A stretch of 64,000 nt of DNA, taken from NCBI GenBank assembly GCA_051530055.1, contig CM121343.1:4744389-4808388 (forward strand), given 5' to 3'. Source of the DNA: Neoechinorhynchus agilis. Taxonomy: Eukaryota > Animalia > Acanthocephala. The notes under the pieces are model-generated. The model worked only from the letters and a program-made list of their open reading frames with translations. It was not told where the DNA came from and did not search any database. The position numbers were made by a program, and so were the translations under genes. Below are positions 35,577-48,500 of the stretch, one piece after another. Numbering within the stretch: position 1 is the first letter of the stretch; each line of letters begins with the position of its first letter.

Positions 35577-37619
35577 TTATTTATTTCTTGTATTTGGGAC
35601 AATATCAAGATCATCATCTTCAATCGATGGCGGTCTGTTGGATGTTGGGTTGGAATATGACCTAATAACACTTGGAGGTTGTCCGCTAAGTTGCGATCTG
35701 ATAGGTGGCCTCATGGGAGGTGGCGGAGTGGCTCCCTGTTTTGAATACGGATACTGGAAATATCGTGTTTGAGACTGTTGATCGAACTGCTGTTGAGGAG
35801 TTTGTTGATAAGATGGAGAATAATACGAAGGTGGCGAATATTGTTGCTGTTGATATTGCGGGGCCGGTGGGCGATTCATAAGGGGCCTAAATCTGGGTCT
35901 AAATTCCTGTTGTGGTCCATCTATTGGAGGCAGCGGCTGATAATAGTTATGTTGTCCGCTTTGGTGTTGCATATTATTGGCGTAAGGCTGAGCGTTTTGT
36001 TGTTCACGAGCTTGTCCAAAATACACCCGATTCAATGGAGTAAGCAAAAACGTCTCAAGATCAGTGACGCACATATTTTGACCATTATATACTTGTCGTA
36101 CGAGCTCGTCTAATCTTTGTTGGTATTCAGGCTGACTTTCTACAGCCTTCCTCATATGTTTCATTACAATGGGATAAACATGTTGGTTAAATCTCCTAGA
36201 AGGCTGGGTCATTTCGGTTTGGTTGATCCTTTGTGTAGTCGGCTGGATAATCAATTTTACCATTTGAAATGCTTCATCCAGTCGACCGAGGTCAGCAAAA
36301 CAAAGAGCTTTCAAATTCCGAACAAGAGGGGCAGATCCTTGTTTTATATAACCGCAAAACTCAAGGCCAACATCCGGATGACTTTGTTTAATTGCCAACA
36401 CAACAGCCATACCCACCGTTCGCATCGTAAAATTGCAACCCTTTTGGCCGCATACTGTCAAGATCTCCTCTAACTTTTTGAACGATTGGGCAGTGTTCAG
36501 TATGCACAGTGCTTCAACCACCAACATGAGCACATCAGATGGAACGGCCATTCCATTTGCTGTCACAAATCCCCGTTTTAACGCAGTTTCGAATACTTTA
36601 ACTATGGCAAAAAATTTCATCATTTTCAATAGAACACTATTGAGTATTTAAAACTAAATTTTCTATTAAGACTCAAAGAATGATGAAGTATTCCACTTTT
36701 CTTACGAAATTCAAATCGACAAACAGCGATGGAACCGCACCTAGAGCCAATGGTTTTGATATTCAATCAATCAATTCTAAATCCCATTGAAAAATCGGCA
36801 TTGTTTAGCAAATCTGATGAAACACATCAAATAGCTGCACTACCTTTATTAGGAAATAATTTATACTATATTTCTCAACTGAGCCTTTGGCTCGCGCCTT
36901 TCGTCTGAATAAATTATTATCTAAAGCTCTTACATCTTTTTGAGACTGGACATCTAACCTTGCAAACGAAGCGCGCCGAAAGCTCTCTCTATGTACCCAA
37001 TTCTACCTTTTTGAATCAATGAAAATTTTTGAGCTACATCATTATAGCGTTTTTGCTCCATCAGATGGTTACAGATGATAAGAGCGGAAGCGGAATCCTC
37101 GCAAAACTTACCTACCTGCGGGCTCGTAAATACTTCAACGGCGCGATCTGTCTTTCCGAGAAATGTAAGCATTCGCATTAAAGGCGGACCAAATCGGTAA
37201 TTTGAAAATGCCACATTTTGTTTTCGATGAGACTCAATCGCTCTTATAACTGCTTCTATTTCCGCGTCATTTTCCGCGATATAAAGCATATTTTTAATAT
37301 CTTCGGTAAAAATCTGAACCTGTTCATCTTGGACAAAGCGTTTCCGTAAAGCTTGACCGCTCGTAGCACCCATCCGTATAGCGGTTAGTTCCCGTATACG
37401 GGCATATTGGTCCATCCCCACACCCGCTGCAGTGAACGCAGTCCGGCTGAGTACACATGGCACGCCGAAGTAGGCCGACCGTCCGGCCATGCGGGCTAAT
37501 ATGAAGCTCGTCGAGAATCTCATGGCTGCGGACATTTTGGTTGGTCGGAAAGCGATCTGCAAGTCGACGGGTGGCGTTTCTTTCGTTTTGTTACATGACG
37601 AGAGAATGTGTGACATCAT
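35577..37619 (-). CDS. PTCD2-like mitochondrial pentatricopeptide-repeat protein with Q/P-rich C-terminal extension; two exons
   Basis: YRFGPPLMRML.FLG..D.AVEVF, then VRNLKALCFADLGRLDEA resemble PTCD2 from recall. Predicted intron 37006-36602 (AG|GTAGAA...CATAG). Start approximate. Confidence 0.7.
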
Positions 37620-37859
37620 GGAATTCACCTCGAATTGCGGTTAGAAGGTAGATTTTAAAGAACTCGCGGATCTTAAATGCGATTCATTTAGGCACAATCT
37701 TGTGCCTTTATCGAGTTTGTTTGAAAACGAACGTTGTAATTGTGCCGAAATATCGGATTTATAATAAAAAAATTCAATTTCTTCGCCATAAAACAACCAA
37801 TATGAACAGTCCAATCTTCAAACTCATGGGTCGTCGATTTCTCCTGTATCTGGATTAAG

Positions 37860-38800
37860 ACTTCTGGAATTGTCAAACCCGAATTACTGCATTAGCTCAT
37901 TCGCGTAATCCCAATTCATTTCATCCTCCCTCTACCTCCGCTCCCTTTTCCATACTGCCCCGAAAAAAGATCCAAGCTCTCCTGACACAATAACCGCCGG
38001 CGAACCCGTAATCCACTCCAAAATCAACAACCGCATTCATTTAACAAATCTGAACCGTCCGAATGTTTATTAAAACCCAAACGGGGACATGGGTCCTATT
38101 CTTCTTTGTGGATTAACAAATAAGCGTGTTAATATAATTGAATTCTCAGTGGAAGGTGACCATTGTCCCATTGACTATTTGTCTCAAACTTGCTATCGAC
38201 TTGCTTTTGGGAGTGGGTGGCTCTAATAGTAACAAATATCTGCCTTTTTTTGAAATTTATAAATAAGAGATATTATTGTGTGGATAAACTTGAATTTTTA
38301 CAAAAAGAAATTTGAAATAAAAGACAATAAGATCGAATGGCTTGTAATAAAAGAGTGAATGATTTGAAAGGTTATGTTGTATCAAATAAATCTTTTGTAT
38401 ATTTTTTTCATATTGAGTTCTATACGAAGAGTTCAAAAAATTTCCGGTCTTAAGCGGTATTCGTGCTAAATAGATGATTTTATAAGAAAAACAATTAATT
38501 CTGCGACGCTTTTAATTGGTATGTAATAATCGCCCAGATGGAATTTTTGGGGCCCAGACAATTTCATAATGAGGGAATATCATTTATGAGTAAGTAAAGT
38601 CGAGAATCTCTTCCGAACGACATCCTACGAGTAACCTCCCAAAGAATTCTGGGTATTCAATTTCAATCAAATTTGTAATGGGACTCGCACGTTACACTTT
38701 TCCTAGAACGCAATACCTTTAAAATTTATACCCTCAAACGCCTACGCCATTTAGGAGTCCTTTCGTCCACTCTTTCCGCCGGTATCATCTCCTTAGAGAT
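37860..38800 (+). mobile_element. Scattered L2/CR1-like LINE 3' and RT-thumb fragments
   Basis: RILGIQFQSNL.WDSHV...TLKRLRHLG near 38650-38760. Pyrimidine-rich tail at 37860-38070 resembles the 20.0 and 31.0 kb tails. Confidence 0.5.
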
Positions 38801-39054
38801 ATAACTGGCTTTCGATGTGTTATAAGTAACTACAAAGCTATGTTTGTTTTCTACCATAATTCATTATTTGGGACACCCATAACTTCACTATAAAAATGTT
38901 GATTTCCTGGGCGACCATCTTCACTAATATCTTCCTCATTTAGATCACTACTAAATATTTCCTTAGGATAATGCCTTATTTCCATCCCTTCCTCGGTATC
39001 CATTCTACTATCATCCTCTATCTTACTATCATGTGATTTTTTAAATTGTTCAAT

Positions 39055-39350
39055 CTCGAAATCGCTGGAGGTGCAGCCAGTGGTGCGGAAGGGAGAAAGG
39101 TACGAAAATATATATGGATTTAGCAAGGGCCCACTATTTTGTCCCCTTCGGAGTAGAGACGTAACTCGGCACCCACTCTGCTCCAGGATCTCTCGAAGAT
39201 ATTGAAAGAAACGACCGGCGACGCACGAGCAGGTGTATTCCTGCGACAAAATATTTCGCTTGCAGTACAACGAAGCAATGCTGCTAGCGTGATAGCGACA
39301 GTCGAAGAAGGAGAGAAGCTCCAATTTTGCGGACGGTGGTGATTGCACAG
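39055..39350 (+). mobile_element. CRE-like RLE 3' fragment (copy of 28480-28800)
   Basis: High nucleotide identity to the reverse complement of 28480-28800. Confidence 0.85.
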
Positions 39351-39506
39351 TTTTGTCAAAAAAAATTTAGGAATTTTTCTTTATTTTTTTCGTCAATTTT
39401 TAGAGCGAGGGTTCTAACCGATTCTTATAATAATTTCACCTGTTGAACAAGCTCTTTAATATTTTTTAAAATTAATTGTTTATTTGAATCCGCATTGCTC
39501 ATACGT

Positions 39507-39870
39507 TATGATTGTTCGGTAGCTTCCTTGATGGCCGCGACATTGCCGCGTTGGACCGCCGCGCTGATTCGCAGCAGCAGGAAACTGCTGGAGCGCATAT
39601 CGCTGGTGGCATGTGCTCTCATCTTTCCCAGTCGGGAGAGGAAATAATCGGCTTCTTTTCCGAGGCGTCCCAGCGTTTCCACCGCAATCGGGATGAATAT
39701 ATATTGATGCCCATCGAGCGAGGAGTACTTATGCCGCTTCTTTTCCTCGCTGAGGCTGGCGACTGCTCCTATTTTTGCGAGTTTGAATTTGCGTATCCCT
39801 GATTTGGGTAAGTATGGGTAGTGAAACTCCTATTGATCAATTCATTTCTCCCTTGATTTGTCTTTTTCTC
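39507..39870 (-). mobile_element. CRE-like RLE 3' fragment of a different subfamily, open frame
   Basis: GAVASLSEEKKRHKYSSL...FIPIAVETLGRLG...FLSRLG...FLLLRISAAVQRGNVAAI. Confidence 0.85.
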
Positions 39871-39899
39871 ACTTCCCTTAAATATTTTATTGCCGCTGG

Positions 39900-40800
39900 G
39901 CAGTAACGCCGGAATGCCTCATGTTACCCTCCGCAATTACAGCATAATTTTTTGTCCTTTCTATTACAATGTGATGATAAATGAGATTCGGCACATATTC
40001 CGCACTTAATTTCATTTTTGCATTGGGTATAAATATGATCCCTCTTGGAACATTGTGTTAGAATGAAGTCATATATTGTTCTATCTTTTGGGAATGAAAA
40101 CTTTATTAAATGAACCATAAACCCTTCGGAAGTTCCTTTTAATTTGTCTATTATATTTTGTGCCCGCCTCCTGGAGGTATTTGAGGATCCGGAGGAATGT
40201 ACAAACTCTTAACCGTGCATTAGAGACTATGTGGTTATATCACTTCTCTGATGTAATTGGTTTGGCTTTATGCCTAAATAAATAAGCCGGACAAGAAAGG
40301 GATTGACTAAAATTGAATGATGACAACAATACCGGCTTGCCAGTAAAACTTAAAATACCTCGCATGAGAGGTACGTAAGGTGGCCTGTCCGGATTTTAGT
40401 GCGGATATTTAATTAGCTTTAGGCCAGAAATACTTTTAAACCTCTTAAAATCTTCCTGCCGCATATTGTATGGCATTTTGAAAACCAATAAAGTTGATTT
40501 CCTTGAAATATCATTGAATTCGACGGAATTTTCCTCAAACATTTTCGAAAACATCTTTAACCCCTCGTAGCTTACAAAGGATATCAAGAACGCTCATTTT
40601 GTCGCAAAACTTTTTGATTTGATAATCTCTGACATTTTCTAGTTTATTTGAGGATAGATATCTTATGAAGTAATTTTTATAACTTTGCCTATAGAAATAC
40701 TACCCAGGTTTTCTTTTTGAAGTCGTATGATATAATCCTCTTCGGGTCCAGACAATCTTGGGTTAAAGTTCTTATTGAAGTGTTCTAGTTGGGGGCGCAG
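39900..40800 (-). pseudogene. Decayed LINE ORF1 (Gag-like, zinc knuckles) interrupted by satellite-related sequence
   Basis: QCSKRDHIYTQC, CGICAESHLSSHC and CCNCGG.H. Satellite homology at about 40090-40215. Confidence 0.65.
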
Positions 40801-41809
40801 GAAAACCATTATTATCTAAAACCACACTCAAACTGTGATCCTTTTCAACCATCTCGTGGGGGGACGGGCATGCCATTACTCAAAACCACTAAATTTTGGG
40901 GATCCACTTGACTAACTGCTTTTTCGGGGGGCTCCGATAGCCATGAATCTCGTAATTTGTGTTTTCGGCTCGCTCGACGCATTGAAATATTGCGCGAAAT
41001 CAAGAGAGCGTGCGCTATGCAACTGATAAGAGATATGATTGGGTGTGCATTAGAAACGATCAACAAAGAGAAAACCCGTCACAGTATTCAGGACCCACAA
41101 AATGTGACACCGATTTAATGCGTTCCTTCGCTTCCTTGATCGTTTTTAACCATGGATAAGAAATGTTTGATGTAACGAATCCGAAGAATGGCACAAGGAC
41201 AACGAATCGGGATTTCACTAGCGAAAAATAAAATACTTATAAATGGAAGGAAAAATACAACGAAAACAACGTGAAGATTTCGGATTCTTACTAAAAACAT
41301 GAAAATAATGCAAAAAGTCATTATAGCTAAAAATTTAAATACGGAAAAATGTTACAAGGAAAACGAACCGGAATTTAATGAACGAAAAATATTCTCGTAA
41401 ATAGAAACAAAAACCAATGTAAACAACGTGATGATTCCTGATTCCAAGTAAACCACCAGCTTTTCCCCACCCTACCGGACTGGTAAACCACTAAAAATAA
41501 TTAAAAGCCAAATTCATTTATTTTCGAAACAAAGAATAAAATTCGGTTATAAGCGCACATTGACTATTGGCTTCTGTACAGTTAAATTGTTAAAAAGACT
41601 TCACATTAATATTCATTTGACGGTTGACTTCAAACGCTTACTGTTTGTCTGCTCGTACTTTTTTTGTGCCAAAACTCTATCTACCTCCGCTCCTTTTGTT
41701 CGATGCTACCCAATCTTCTCTTGGATATCATAACTTGAAATGAACCTGAGGAAAGACCAAACCTCACAAACTTTAGTACAAATAATAATCACCAGCATTT
41801 CCCCACCCG

Positions 41810-42300
41810 ACTGGAACCATAAGAACATTTTTGGGAATCATCCACAGAGAAAATCCTTCGGGTTAATCAAAGTTTATACTTTTGATGAAAATAATCCCGG
41901 CCATAGCTTACTTGAATTTTTCTCATTAAATTCAGGTGTCTTTTACGAACATCAATCTTCAAACATAACATTATGATTTACAAAGACATAAAAAAACTGT
42001 AAATGCAGGTGAAATCAGCTTTAAAAGTAGATTTACAAAAGGTTTTCGAGATAATCAAAGTATATACTTTCTGCGAGCATAATCCCAGTAACACAAAGAT
42101 ATTTCATTTATGGGAAACTACACAGTCAATGCTTGTAAGTTTTTCAACTGTGAATGTACTTCACCAAAAAAACTTACAAGCAACGACTGTGGCGGAGGCG
42201 AGGTTACCTACGCGCGAAATATTTCCCCTATAAATGAAATATCTTTGCCGATGACAGGAATTATTTTCATCATAAGAACATTTTTGGGAGACTAATAAAA
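41810..42300. mobile_element. Inverted-arranged PLE terminal-repeat-like fragments with a decayed hammerhead (about 42185-42230)
   Basis: AAATCCTTCGGG.TA.TCAAAGT..ATAATCCCGG matches 58520-58590. GAGGCGAGGTTACC..CGCGAAATATTTCC matches the 58.6 kb hammerhead, but the core is mutated. Confidence 0.55.
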
Positions 42301-42529
42301 TCTGAAATCATGAGTAATATACAAATAACGTCGGACTAAAGTCGTTTTACGTAATCCGATGATGACCCATTAACAGTCTCGAGAAATGGTTCAAAATCGC
42401 ACCTATCATAAGAAATAAATATGTTGTTCGCCGTATAAAGAGCAAATGCGGTACAGCTCACAGCAATAACCCCAGGTTCTTTATTCTAAAGTTACTAAAT
42501 ATAAGGAATTCAAAATTTTGGAAGGTGGG

Positions 42530-45500
42530 TTCAGGGTATTAATGTTATTTTATGCGCTTCCCTGAACAAGATCGGTAGGCGATGTGGCCAATGAAAAATA
42601 AATTATCAGTCATTGCTAAAGAATCCAAACATTCCTGACTTGTTTGGATCAAGGGATCGAATTTGTTACCGCCGACGATCCATAACGTATGGGGGGAAAT
42701 ACCTTGTTGAAGAGAGGGAACTCACTGATGATTTCCGCCGCCTCGGGAGGTATCTGAATATCCGTAGGAATGGACAGACACATAATTGTTCGGTCGTGGG
42801 TATTTAACGAAGACCAGTTCTTTCCTGGCCAATAAATCAGTGGACTGTGGGCCCAAATCCGCCAAATAAAGGGAATTTGAGCGACCTCAAATATATACTA
42901 AAAAATGTATTCGGCTGAGCCGAAAACATGCTAAAAAAATCGAAACATTCCTGAATTGTTTTGATCAAGGGTTCGAATCCGTTACCGCCGATGACCCATA
43001 ACCAAAGGGAACGATATACTTCGTTGAAGAGAGGGAGCTCACTGATGAGTTCCGCCTCCTCGGGAGGTATCTGAATATCCGCGGGAATTACAGACTCATA
43101 ATTGTTCGGTCGTGGGTGTTTAGCGAAGGCCAGTTCTTTCCTGGCCAATAAATCAGTGGACTGTGTGCGCAAATCAGCCAAATAAGGGCAAATTGAGCAA
43201 CCTCAAATATATACTACAAAATGTATTCGGCTGAGCCACAAATATGCTAAAGAATGGAAACATTCCTGAATTGTTTCCATCAAGGGTTCGAATCCGTTAC
43301 CGCATATGACCAAAAACCAAAGGGAACGATATACTTCGTTTAAGAGAGGGAGCTCACTGATTAGTTCCGCCTCCTAGGAAGGTATCTGAATATCCGTAGA
43401 AATGTACAGACTCATAATTGTTCGGTATGGGTATTTAGCGAAGGCCAGTTCTTTCCTGGCCAATAAATCAGTGGACTGTGTGTCCAAATCCGCCAAACAA
43501 AGGGAATTTGAGCAACCCTAAATATATACTAAAAAATGTATTCGGCTGAGCCACAAATATGCTAAAGAATCGAAACATTCTTGAATTGTTTGGATCAATT
43601 GTTCGAATCCGTTACCGTCGATGACCCATAACTAAAGAGAGCGATATACTTCGTTGAAGAGAGGGAGCTCACTGCTGAGTTCCGCCTCCTCGGGAGGTAT
43701 CTGAATATCCGTAGGAATTACAGACTCATAATTGTTCGGTCGGGGGTATTTAGCGCAGACCAGTTCTTTCCTGGCCAATAAATCAGTGGACTGTGTGTCC
43801 AAATCCGCCAAATAAAGGGAATTTGAGCAACCTCAAATATATACTAAAAATGTATTCGGCTGAGCCACAAATATGCTAAAGAATCAAAACATTCCTGAAT
43901 TGTTTTGATCGAGGGTTCGAATCCGTTACCGCCGATGACCCATAACCAAAGGGAGCGATATACTTCGTTGAAGAGAGGGAGCTCACTGATGAGTTCCGCC
44001 TCCTCGGGAGGTATCTGAATATCCGTAGAAATGTACAGACTCATAATTGTTCGGTCGTGGGTATTTAGCGAAGACCATTTCTTTCCTGGCCAATAAATGA
44101 GTCGACTGTGTGTCCAAATCCGCAAAAAAAAGGAAATTTGAGCAACCTCAAATATATACTAAAAAATGTATTCGGCTGAGCCACAAATATGCTAAAGAAT
44201 TGAAACATTCCTGAATTGTTTTGATCAATGGTTCGAATCCGTTACCGCCGATGACCCATAACCAAAGGGAACGATATACTTCGTTGAAGAGAGGGAGCTC
44301 ACTGATGAGTTCCGCCTCCTCGGGAGGTATCTGAATATCCGTAGAAATGTACAGACTCATAATTGTTCGGTCGTGGGTATTTAGCGAAGACCAGTTCTTT
44401 CCTGGCCAATAAATCAGTGGACTGTGTGTCCAAATCCGCCAAATAAAGGGAATTTGAGCAACCTCAAATATATACTAAAAAATGTATTCGGCTGAGCCAC
44501 AAATATGCTAAAGAATCGAAACATTCCTGAATTGTTTTGATCAATGGTTCGAATCCGTTACCGCCGATGACCCATAACCAAAGGGAGCGATATACTTCGT
44601 TGAAGAGAGGGAGCTCACTGATGAGTTCCGCCTCCTCGGGAGGTATCTGAATATCCGTAGAAATGTACAGACTCATATAGTGTTCGGTCGTGGGTATTTA
44701 GCGAAGACCAGTTCTTTCCTTTCCAATAAATCAGTGGATTTTGTGTCCAAATCCGCCAAATAAAGGGAATTTGAGAAACCTCAAATATATACTAAAAAAT
44801 TTATTCGGCTGAGCCACAAATATGCTAAAGAATCTAAACATTCCTGAATTGTTTGGATCAATTGTTCGAATCCGTTACCGCCGATGACCCATAACCAAAG
44901 GGAACGATATACTTCGTTGAAGAGAGGGAGCTCACTGATGAGTTCCGCCTCCTCGAGAGGTATCTGAATATCCGTAGAAATGTACAGACTCATAATTGTT
45001 CGGTCGTGGGTATTTAGCGAAGGCCAGTTCTTTCCTGGCCAATAAATAAGTCGACTGTGTGCCCAAATCCGCCAAATAAAGGGAATTTGAGCAACCTCAA
45101 ATATACACTAAAAAAAGTATTCGGGTGAGCCACAAATATGCTAAAGAATTGAAACATTCCTGAATTGTTTTGATCAAGGGTACGAATCCGTTACCGGCGA
45201 TGACCCATAACCAAAGGGAGCGATATACTTCGTTGAAGAGAGGGAGCTCACTGATGAGTTCCGCCTCCTCGGGAGGTATCTGAATATCCGCAGGAATTAC
45301 AGACTCATAATTGTTCGGTCGTGGGTATTTAGCGAAGACCAGTTCTTTCCTGGCCAATAAATCAGTGGACTGTGTGTCCAAATTCGCCAAATAAAGGGAA
45401 TTTGAGCAACCTCAAATATATACTAAAAAATGTATTCGGCTGAGCCACAAATATGCTCAAGAATCTAAACATTCCTGAATTGTTTGGATCAATTGTTCGA

Positions 45501-48500
45501 ATCCGTTACCGCCGATGACCCATAACCAAAGGGAACGATATACTTCGTTGAAGAGAGGGAGCTCACTGATGAGTTCCGCCTCCTCGGGAGGTATCTGAAT
45601 ATCCGTAGAAATGTACAGACTCATAATTGTTCGGTCGTGGGTATTTAGCGAAGACCAGTTCTTTCCTGGCCAATAAATCAGTGGACTGTGTGTCCAAATC
45701 CGCCAAATAAAGGGAATTTGAGCAACCTCAAATATATACTAAAAAATGTATTCGGCTGAGCCACAAATATGCTCAAGAATCTAAACATTCCTGAATTGTT
45801 TGGATCAATTGTTCGAATCCGTTACCGCCGATGACCCATAACCAAAGGGAGCGATATACTTCGTTGAAGAGAGGGAGCTCACTGATGAGTTCCGCCTCCT
45901 CGAGAGGTATCTGAATATCCGTAGAAATGTACAGACTCATAATTGTTCGGTCGTGGGTATTTAGCGAAGACCAGTTCTTTCCTGGCCAATAAATCAGTGG
46001 ACTGTGTGTCCAAATCCGCCAAATAAAGGGAATTTGAGCAACCTCAAATATATACTAAAAAATGTATTCGGCTGAGCCACAAATATGCTAAAGAATCGAA
46101 ACATTCCTGAATTGTTTTGATCAATGGTTCGAATCCGTTACCGCCGATGACCCATAACCAAAGGGAACGATATACTTCGTTGAAGAGAGGGAGCTCACTG
46201 ATGAGTTCCGCCTCCTCAAGATGTATCTGAATATCCGTAGAAATGTACAGACTCATAATTGTTCGGTCGTGGGTATTTAGCGAAGACCAGTTCTTTCCTG
46301 GCCAATAAATCAGTGGACTGTGTGTCCAAATCCGCCAAATAAAGGGAATTTGAGCAACCTCAAATATATACTAAAAAATGTATTCGGCTGAGCCACAAAT
46401 ATGCTAAAGAATCGAAACATTCCTGAATTGTTTTGATCAATGGTTCGAATCCGTTACCGCCGATGACCCATAACCAAAGGGAACGATATACTTCGTTGAA
46501 GAGAGGGAGCTCACTGATGAGTTCCGCCTCCTCGGGAGGTATCTGAATATCCGTAGAAATGTACAGACTCATAATTGTTCGGTCGTGGGTATTTAGCGAA
46601 GACCAGTTCTTTCCTGGCCAATAAATCAGTGGACTGTGTGCCCAAATCCGCCAAATAAAGGGAATTTGAGCAACCTCAAATATATACTAAAAAATGTATT
46701 CGGCTGAGCCACAAATATGCTAAAGAATCGAAACATTCCTGAATTGTTTTGATCAAGGGTTCGAATCCGTTACCGCCGATGACCCATAACCAAAGGGAAC
46801 GATATACTTCGTTGAAGAGAGGGAGCTCACTGATGAGTTCCGCCTCCTCGGGAGGTATCTGAATATCCGTAGAAATGTACAGACTCATAATTGTTCGGTC
46901 GTGGGTATTTAGCGAAGACCAGTTCTTTCCTGGCCAATAAATCAGTGGACTGTGTGCCCAAATCCGCCAAATAAAGGGAATTTGAGCAACCTCAAATATA
47001 TACTAAAAAATGTATTCGGCTGAGCCACAAATATGCTAAAGAATCTAAACATTCCTGAATTGTTTGGATCAATTGTTCGAATCCGTTACCGCCGATGACC
47101 CATAACCAAAGGGAGCGATATACTTCGTTGAAGAGAGGGAGCTCACTGATGAGTTCCGCCTCCTCGGGAGGTATCTGAATATCCGTAGAAATGTACAGAC
47201 TCATAATTGTTCGGTCGTGGGTATTTATCGAAGACCAGTTCTTTCCTTTCCAATAAATAAGTGGGTTTTGTGTCCAAATCCGCCAAATAAAGGGAATTTG
47301 AGAAACCTCAAATAGATACTAAAAAATGTATTCGGCTGAGCCACAAATTTGCTAAAGAATCGAAACATTCCTGAATTGTTTTGATCAAGGGTTCGAATCC
47401 GTTACCGCCGATGACCCATAACCAAAGGGAGCGATATACTTCGTTGAAGAGAGGGAGCTCACTGATGAGTTCCGCCTCCTCGGGAGGTATCTGAATATCC
47501 GCAGGAATTACAGACTCATAATTGTTCGGTCGTGGGTATTTAGCGAAGACCAGTTCTTTCCTGGCCAATAAATCAGTGGACTGTGTGTCCAAATCCGCCA
47601 AATAAAGGGAATTTGAGCAACCTCAAATATATACTAAAAAATGTATTCGGCTGAGCCACAAATATGCTCAAGAATCTAAACATTCCTGAATTGTTTGGAT
47701 CAATTGTTCGAATCCGTTACCGCCGATGACCCATAACCAAAGGGAGCGATATACTTCGTTGAAGAGAGGGAGCTCACTGATGAGTTCCGCCTCCTCGGGA
47801 GGTATCTGAATATCCGTAGAAATGTACAGACTCATAATTGTTCGGTCGTGGGTATTTAGCGAAGACCAGTTCTTTCCTGGCCAATAAATCAGTGGACTGT
47901 GTGTCCAAATCCGCCAAATAAAGGGAATTTGAGCAACCTCAAATATATACTAAAAAATGTATTCGGCTGAGCCACAAATATGCTAAAGAATTGAAACATT
48001 CCTGAATTGTTTTGATCAATGGTTCGAATCCGTTACCGCCGATGACCCATAACCAAAGGGAACGATATACTTCGTTGAAGAGAGGGAGCTCACTGATGAG
48101 TTCCGCCTCCTCGGGAGGTATCTGAATATCCGTAGAAATGTACAGACTCATAATTGTTCGGTCGTGGGTATTTAGCGAAGACCAGTTCTTTCCTGGCCAA
48201 TAAATCAGTGGACTGTGTGTCCAAATCCGCCAAATAAAGGGAATTTGAGCAACCTCAAATATATACTAAAAAATGTATTCGGCTGAGCCACAAATATGCT
48301 AAAGAATCTAAACATTCCTGAATTGTTTGGATCAATTGTTCGAATCCGTTACCGCCGATGACCCATAACCAAAGGGAACGATATACTTCGTTGAAGAGAG
48401 GGAGCTCACTGATGAGTTCCGCCTCCTCGAGAGGTTTCTGAATATCCGTAGAAATGTACAGACTCATAATTGTTCGGTCGTGGGTATTTAGCGAAGGCCA

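Noticed and set aside
44268-44313. Conventional type II hammerhead fold of the satellite motif
   Set aside because: No stem III 3' strand or UH lies between GATA and CTGATGA. It lies downstream instead, hence the permuted model.
44309-44400. HDV-like ribozyme suggested by GCCTCCTCG and a downstream CGAA
   Set aside because: P1 and P2 partners could not be built: no GGAACTC after CGAA, and the P1 candidate is mismatched.
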